This document shows, in pieces, positions 59,401 to 64,000 of a stretch of 64,000 nt of DNA (positions are counted from its first letter, which is position 1; every line of letters starts with the position of its first letter). The notes beneath the pieces were generated by a model, which was not told the DNA's origin, did not search any database, and saw only the letters and a list, made by a program, of their open reading frames with translations. Location of the stretch: assembly GCA_002269645.1 (NCBI GenBank), contig NIVC01000376.1, positions 372,001-436,000 of the forward strand, given 5' to 3'. Origin of the DNA: Macrostomum lignano. Taxonomy: Eukaryota. The position numbers and the translations under genes are program-made.

Positions 59401-61440
59401 TCGGTAAAAGAATAAATTCATGGCTGTGGGGATATTTACACTCTACTTACAGTAGGTCGATAAAAGAATAAATTCATGGCTGTGGGGATATTTGCACTCT
59501 ACTTACAGTAGGTCGATAAAAGAATAAATTCATGGCTGTGGGGATATTTGCACTCTACTTACAGTAGGTCGGTAAAAGAATAAATTCATGGCTGTGGGGA
59601 TATTTGCACTCTACTTACAGTAGGTCGGTAAAAAAATAAATTAATGGCTGCGGGAATATTTACACTCTCTAAGAATCAATTCATTTCTAATATAAAAGTA
59701 AATGGATATACAGACTACGCCATTAAACTACGCAGATGCAATAGTCTTAAAAAACATTTTGCATACAGGCAAAATAAACATGAAAAAAACAGACCGCTCA
59801 CCCCTTAGTTTGAATACTTCTCCGGTGTTAGCGTTGACGCTAAAAGTTTGTGAATCCTCTTCGCTAGGGGTGACAATTGCGAACTGAAAAAATATGTGCA
59901 TTTTAAATATACACGCGTGAGCATTGAGTACTGTACAGTTTAAGCATTTTATCTTTAAACTGACTGCTAAACTTATCTATAAATTATAATCAACGAGCAA
60001 CACAGTGCTTTAGTAGGCCGTATGTTAATCACAATCAGTCAGAACTAATAGTAATTCAATTAATGTTAACTAAAACAAGGCTCACAGTCAACGGCAGTTC
60101 GCCACGCCTCTTCAGACCTCTGTGCTCTTCTTTCTGCAAATTAATAATCAACCATTAGTATGAATCCTGTGACAGACAAGTTTGATAAAAATGAACAATT
60201 ATCGAGCTTGCCTCATAGTACTCAAGTAATCCGGCCTCAGAGTTGAGCACAACCCAGCGTGGCTGGTAACCCTTGACAACGTTTGTAAATTTTAACAAAT
60301 TACCCTCAATGCGCTTCCTGTAATACAGTGTTAAAGATATGAATTATACGCTCCATGATTGTCAATCTCCAACTGCCAGATTGTCACTCTCCAACTGCCT
60401 GATTGTCACTCTCCTATCTGCCTGCCTGTCACTTTCCCACTGCCTACCTGTCACTCTCCTATCTGCCTGACTGTCACTCTCCTATCTGCCTGACTGTCAC
60501 TCTCCTATCTGACTGACTGTCACTTTCCCACTGCCTACCTGTCACTCTCCCACTGCCTGACTGTCACTCTCCTATCTGCCTGACTGTCACTCTCCTATCT
60601 GCCTGACTGTCACTCTCCTATCTGCCTGACTGTCACTCTCCTATCTGCCTGACTGTCACTCTCCTATCTGCCTGACTGTCACTTTCCCACTTTCCCACTG
60701 TCTGACTGTCACTCTCCTAACTGCCTGACTGTCACTCTCCTAACTGCCTGACTGTCACTCTCCTATCTGCCTGACTGTCACTCTCCTAACTGCCTGACTG
60801 TCACTCTCCTAACTGCCTGATTGTCACTCTCCTAACTGCCTGATTGTCACTCTCCTAACTGCCTGATTGTCACTCTCGTAACTGCCTGACTGTCACTCTC
60901 CTAACTGCCTGACAGTCCCTCTCCCACTGCCTGCCTGTTACTCTGCTAACTGCCTGACTGTCACTCTTCCACTGCCTGACTGTCCCTCTCCCACTGCCTG
61001 ATTGTTACTCTGCTAACTGCCTGACTGTCACTCTGCTAACTGCCTCATAGTCATAGTCACTCTCAAACTGCCTGACTGTCACTCTGCTAACTGCCTCATA
61101 ATCATAGTCACTCTCCCACTGATTTGTTCTCTCTTGATTGTCCCTTGCCCAGTGCCTAGTTGTCAATATTTTTTGCTATCTGAATTAAAATAAAAACAAA
61201 AAACAAATGGCCACTCACCTTAAGCATAGCAACTCTTCTTCTTTTTCAAATTTCTACAAGTAAGAAAGAATTTAAACAAAAAGACCTTAGTAGCATTCTC
61301 AAGAATAAACAAAGCTGAATAAACAAATAAAGATACCAAGAATTTACCTTTGCTTGTTGCATAACCAATTTTAATTGTTGTTTTTCAAACTGTGTGAGAT
61401 TTTGCATCTCAGCCAGGGAATTATCAAAGTCAGTGTCCAT
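44446..61440 (-). CDS. Oxysterol-binding protein-related protein, OSBPL10/OSBPL11-like (PH + ORD); the two most 5' exons are tentative
   Basis: Exons 60317-60212 (GC donor), 60133-60086, 59883-59802, 59259-59171, 58459-57929, 52087-51951, 50600-50183, 47299-46961, 45915-45577, 44589-44446 are all phase-consistent. Tentative upstream exons 61440-61348 and 61253-61219 complete a 2361-nt ORF (786 aa). PH: [32 protein letters not shown]...[13 protein letters not shown]...[17 protein letters not shown]: [60 protein letters not shown]. Confidence 0.92.
44750..45505. repeat. 32/34-bp minisatellite (acaggtgagatagcacaggtagattaagacac[ac])
   Basis: Fills the last OSBPL intron. Confidence 0.96.
45955..46930. 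repeat. 33-bp minisatellite (gcgattctgcagttgaatcacacagggtcagat), about 26 copies, plus a degenerate gggcgattct tail
   Basis: Fills intron 45916-46960. Confidence 0.96.
47323..47560 (-). mobile_element. 5'-truncated copy of the same SINE, with an A-rich tail
   Basis: gaggcattactgcccattccg...ccctgagcaggcacacactcacacaggagtgtacagcggccc...cgttaggcatgtacacttcactg...gttaattgcac.agcagagcc.agccgag is shared with 37013-37212. tttattttattg at 47323 reads as an AATAAA-rich tail on the minus strand. Confidence 0.6.
47755..47890. repeat. 27-bp repeat (ggggcgattttcagagagtatca…), about 5 copies
   Basis: GGGCGATT core. Confidence 0.8.
48520..50100. repeat. 16-bp satellite (gtcaagattatgaact), about 95 copies
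   Basis: OSBPL intron. The unit matches the 21-24 kb monomer at 12 of 16 positions. Confidence 0.97.
50620..51400. repeat. (CTAC)n-based low-complexity repeats
   Basis: Two patches, about 50620-51070 and 51220-51400. Confidence 0.85.
51723..51736. promoter_or_regulatory. RFX X-box consensus match GTTGCTATGGAAAC
   Basis: Exact fit to the X-box consensus GTHNYY-AT-RRNAAC, intronic in the OSBPL gene. Function is not shown. Confidence 0.35.
53278..54988. repeat. 74-bp minisatellite, about 23 copies
   Basis: Unit ataagtgcctccagtatccaccacagctggcagaaatcctgaatcctcatcagtaagacagccttcatctgtct, with unit starts at 53278, 53352, 53426 and so on. Confidence 0.97.
55390..56392. repeat. 17-bp minisatellite (tgtcagtgacatttgcc / tgtcagtgacattcgac), about 58 copies
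   Basis: Two alternating variants around a TGTCA-G-TGACA palindrome. Confidence 0.97.
57370..57895. repeat. 28-bp minisatellite (ggaggctggcccagcaactgaggatctg)
   Basis: Begins about 35 nt into the intron after the 57929 donor. Confidence 0.95.
58631..58880. repeat. 31-bp repeat (aaaattatggaaatctgaccccatatttagt), about 8 copies
   Basis: Unit starts at 58631, 58662 and so on. Confidence 0.95.
59258..59668. repeat. 54/56-bp repeat overlapping the acceptor of OSBPL exon 59259-59171
   Basis: Unit starts at 59258, 59312, 59368, 59422, 59478, 59534, 59590, 59646. Confidence 0.95.
60360..61120. repeat. 23-bp minisatellite (gcctgactgtcactctcctatct)
   Basis: Lies between the PH exon and the AT-rich block. 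Confidence 0.95.
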
Positions 61441-64000
61441 CAAATAGACAGATGCCCACTTACTAGTATTTTAATCATTAAAATATAGACATATTAATTG
61501 GATCCTCAGGGGCTTAGGTCTTAGCAACTATTATTGTTAAAATAGGATTATAGAAATTAATATACATCTGGAATGAATATTTTTATTTGCCATTTAATAG
61601 CTTTATTTTTAATATAAATTACATAGCTAAGATAAATATGATTCTTTAATATTGACCCAAAAATGCTTTTAACTTGTAAAAATATTTACAAGTAAATAAG
61701 TTAACTACTAAGTTAATATAAAGAAAAAGTTAAATTAGAAAACAAATTAATGGAGTTCAATGAAATTTAGGTTAAGAATTTTGCTTTTAAAAAAATTGAG
61801 TTAATATAAAAAAATAAATTTCAAATACATAATTTAAAACTTAAAATAATATTATAATATTCAATAAAAACACTTAGCTATGCCCTATTGTTTAGTTATT
61901 GGTAGGTGTATACGAGAATGAAAATTGAAGTTTTTTATTTTATGCTAACGTAAATTAATTTTTAGTTACTACCAACTCATATTATTATTAGGGACTGTAA
62001 CTATTATTGCCCAAAAACTAGATTTTTTATAAATATCTTTAATATAACTTTTTTTACTTGAACTATTTTTATGTTTATTATGTCATTTCATTTTTACCTT
62101 TTTATCTATTAGGTCTATCTATTACGCAGCATAAATCTAGCCTTTATTCTACCCCCTTCTCTTGCTCTAACACAGAATAGTAATATAGCCAATAAGCCAA
62201 AACCTTAGCAAAAAGACCTTAAAATATCAGTCCTAGGCCTAAAATACATAGGGGATTATAAAAATGTTTGTTATAACACAAATTTAATTCTTCTTTCTCC
62301 TTATAAGTGAAATAGTACATAAAATTTCTTAAATTTAATTTTCTAAAGTTGTTTTCCAATTGGGAGCAATAAAGCTAAGCTGTTGAAAAAGTAATAATAA
62401 TGAAAATTTTGTCAAACTTTTTAGCACATTTAATATCAAGTCAAGATTAGTTAAGAATAGAAAAAAACATATTATTATATTTTTTAACTTATAAGCTATT
62501 TCTATACTTATTTATTAAATGATTCAAAGATTGGCCATTACAATTAAATATATAATAATAATATTAAATGGCCATTTTTATACTAAGGCAACTATATATA
62601 CTTATATTTTATCTAAAAATTCTATATAATAAAAAGTATATCATATATTATATATGCAATGGCATAGGATTATAGCCAAGCCATAGGCCTAGTTTTTTGG
62701 TAATAAAAGATTTTAATGATAATAGACATGGTCATTATGGTAAAAAACAAAACTTTAATGAGATATTTTAGATAGAAATATTTTATCTTAAAACTTATGT
62801 CATAGCTATACTGCTATAGGCATAAGGTCTATAGTATAAGTAGGCCTAATAGTTATTATTTTAAAGGTTAGGCTGGGCCCTATGTAAAATAGTTAACTAT
62901 TGTTTCATTATTTAGGCTTACTAGCCCCTAGGCCTACTAAACTAGATTTAGGTTTACACCATTTATAGCCTAGCCTAGGCTAGGCCTATATACAAAATAT
63001 AAACATTAACAAAATAACTATAGTTAAACTATACAATGTAATATTTGAAATTCCTGTCATTTCAATAGTATTAATATTATGACTGTATACTATAGTACTA
63101 TTTAAGAAATTCACAAACTTTTCTTATGAAGACAGAAGACTGAGACTGAGAGTGTTTGTTTTGTTGCTGTTGCAGAAGTAGCTTGTTGTTAAAATGACTA
63201 GCCTATTTGCCAACAAAACATCGATTACTAAAACAATTTATCGCCAAAATAACCTGCATCTATGCCAAGATTCTCAGTGCTAAACTGAACATTTACAGCT
63301 GAATTTTGACCATTGAACCCTTAACCCTTAGCTAGCTAACCCACTTAGAAGGGTGGTGCAGTGCGTCTCAAGCCATTGAAGCCAATGGCAATGATGGCTA
63401 AATACTACTGTATTTTTAATTTGTTGTAAAAAAACTCTGAAAATTATTATAAAAATAAAACACTAGCTGTTTACTGACATTTTAATATTGCAATAAAGTT
63501 GAACTTGTTTTACTTACACTGTGTTATACGACGTAAAAGTTATAACACAGTGCTTAAACAAAATAATTTAGGCCCTATTAATAATTTACGAAAAGTGCTA
63601 TGCCAAATTGACATCATTAATTAAAATTTACACTTGTGAATTTTAATTTACGATTACCTGATAGTAAGTTAATCAAGTTTATTTAATTATTAGGGCCTAA
63701 GGCCTTGCTTCTGGGACTTGAATTAAGTTGACATCTTAGAATTCATCTTCGTGACTATCAAATTGTAAGTAGGCCTAGGCCTAGGCCTATTATTTCAAAT
63801 TGGATCACATTGTATTGTGTATATCTAATATTATTGTATTGATAGTAGGCCTAGCAAGTTTTCAATTATGCCATACCTAATAATACCCTGATTCTCAGTC
63901 TTTATTCTCAGTCTCAATCTTTATTGCATTTTTGAATCCATTACTAATAATTATGGATTATTAGGCCTAGTCTTAGGCCTAGGCTACTCTGTCTTTTCTT
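61170..64000. other. AT-rich block enriched in the TAGGCCTA palindrome
   Basis: Much lower GC than the rest of the window. About ten or more TAGGCCTA occurrences between 62230 and 63990. Confidence 0.7.

Noticed and set aside
53278-59668. CRISPR-like appearance of the regular 56-74-bp arrays
   Set aside because: Units are wholly repeated with no unique spacers, there are no cas genes, and the context is eukaryotic and intronic.

Overview
Eukaryotic, intron-rich animal DNA with no prokaryotic features. GC-rich exons full of poly-Ala/Gly/Gln sit between introns that are mostly private mini- or microsatellites. This resembles a free-living flatworm such as Macrostomum (inference, not tested). 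Five multi-exon protein genes were reconstructed by checking splice sites and phases by hand. On the + strand: a 4-exon atypical CxxC..H zinc-finger-like gene (3097-8516). On the - strand, four co-oriented genes: an OSBPL10/11-like PH+ORD lipid-transfer protein (61440/60317-44446), GPCPD1 (42393-35646), MITD1 (28730-27573, first exon not found) and an A1CF/RBM46/RBM47-like 3xRRM+dsRBD protein (20936-11303). Also present: a disrupted PAN/apple + fibrinogen-domain pseudogene (about 31690-32757), a tRNA-derived SINE family, two TIR-bounded non-autonomous elements, a probable Helitron 3' end, about 30 tandem arrays and two very AT-rich blocks. Most long ORFs in the supplied track are repeat artefacts. 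Best leads: (i) several intronic minisatellites are amplified copies of the neighbouring splice site, and one 42-bp array forms a ladder of 25 in-frame alternative acceptors; (ii) an in-frame TAA two codons before a canonical donor cuts four intact exons, including the dsRBD, from the RRM gene; (iii) two AT-rich exons encoding a rabphilin/Slp-type Rab-binding-like helix splice in frame onto the OSBPL PH domain. All coordinates were derived by eye and may be off by a few bases at array edges.
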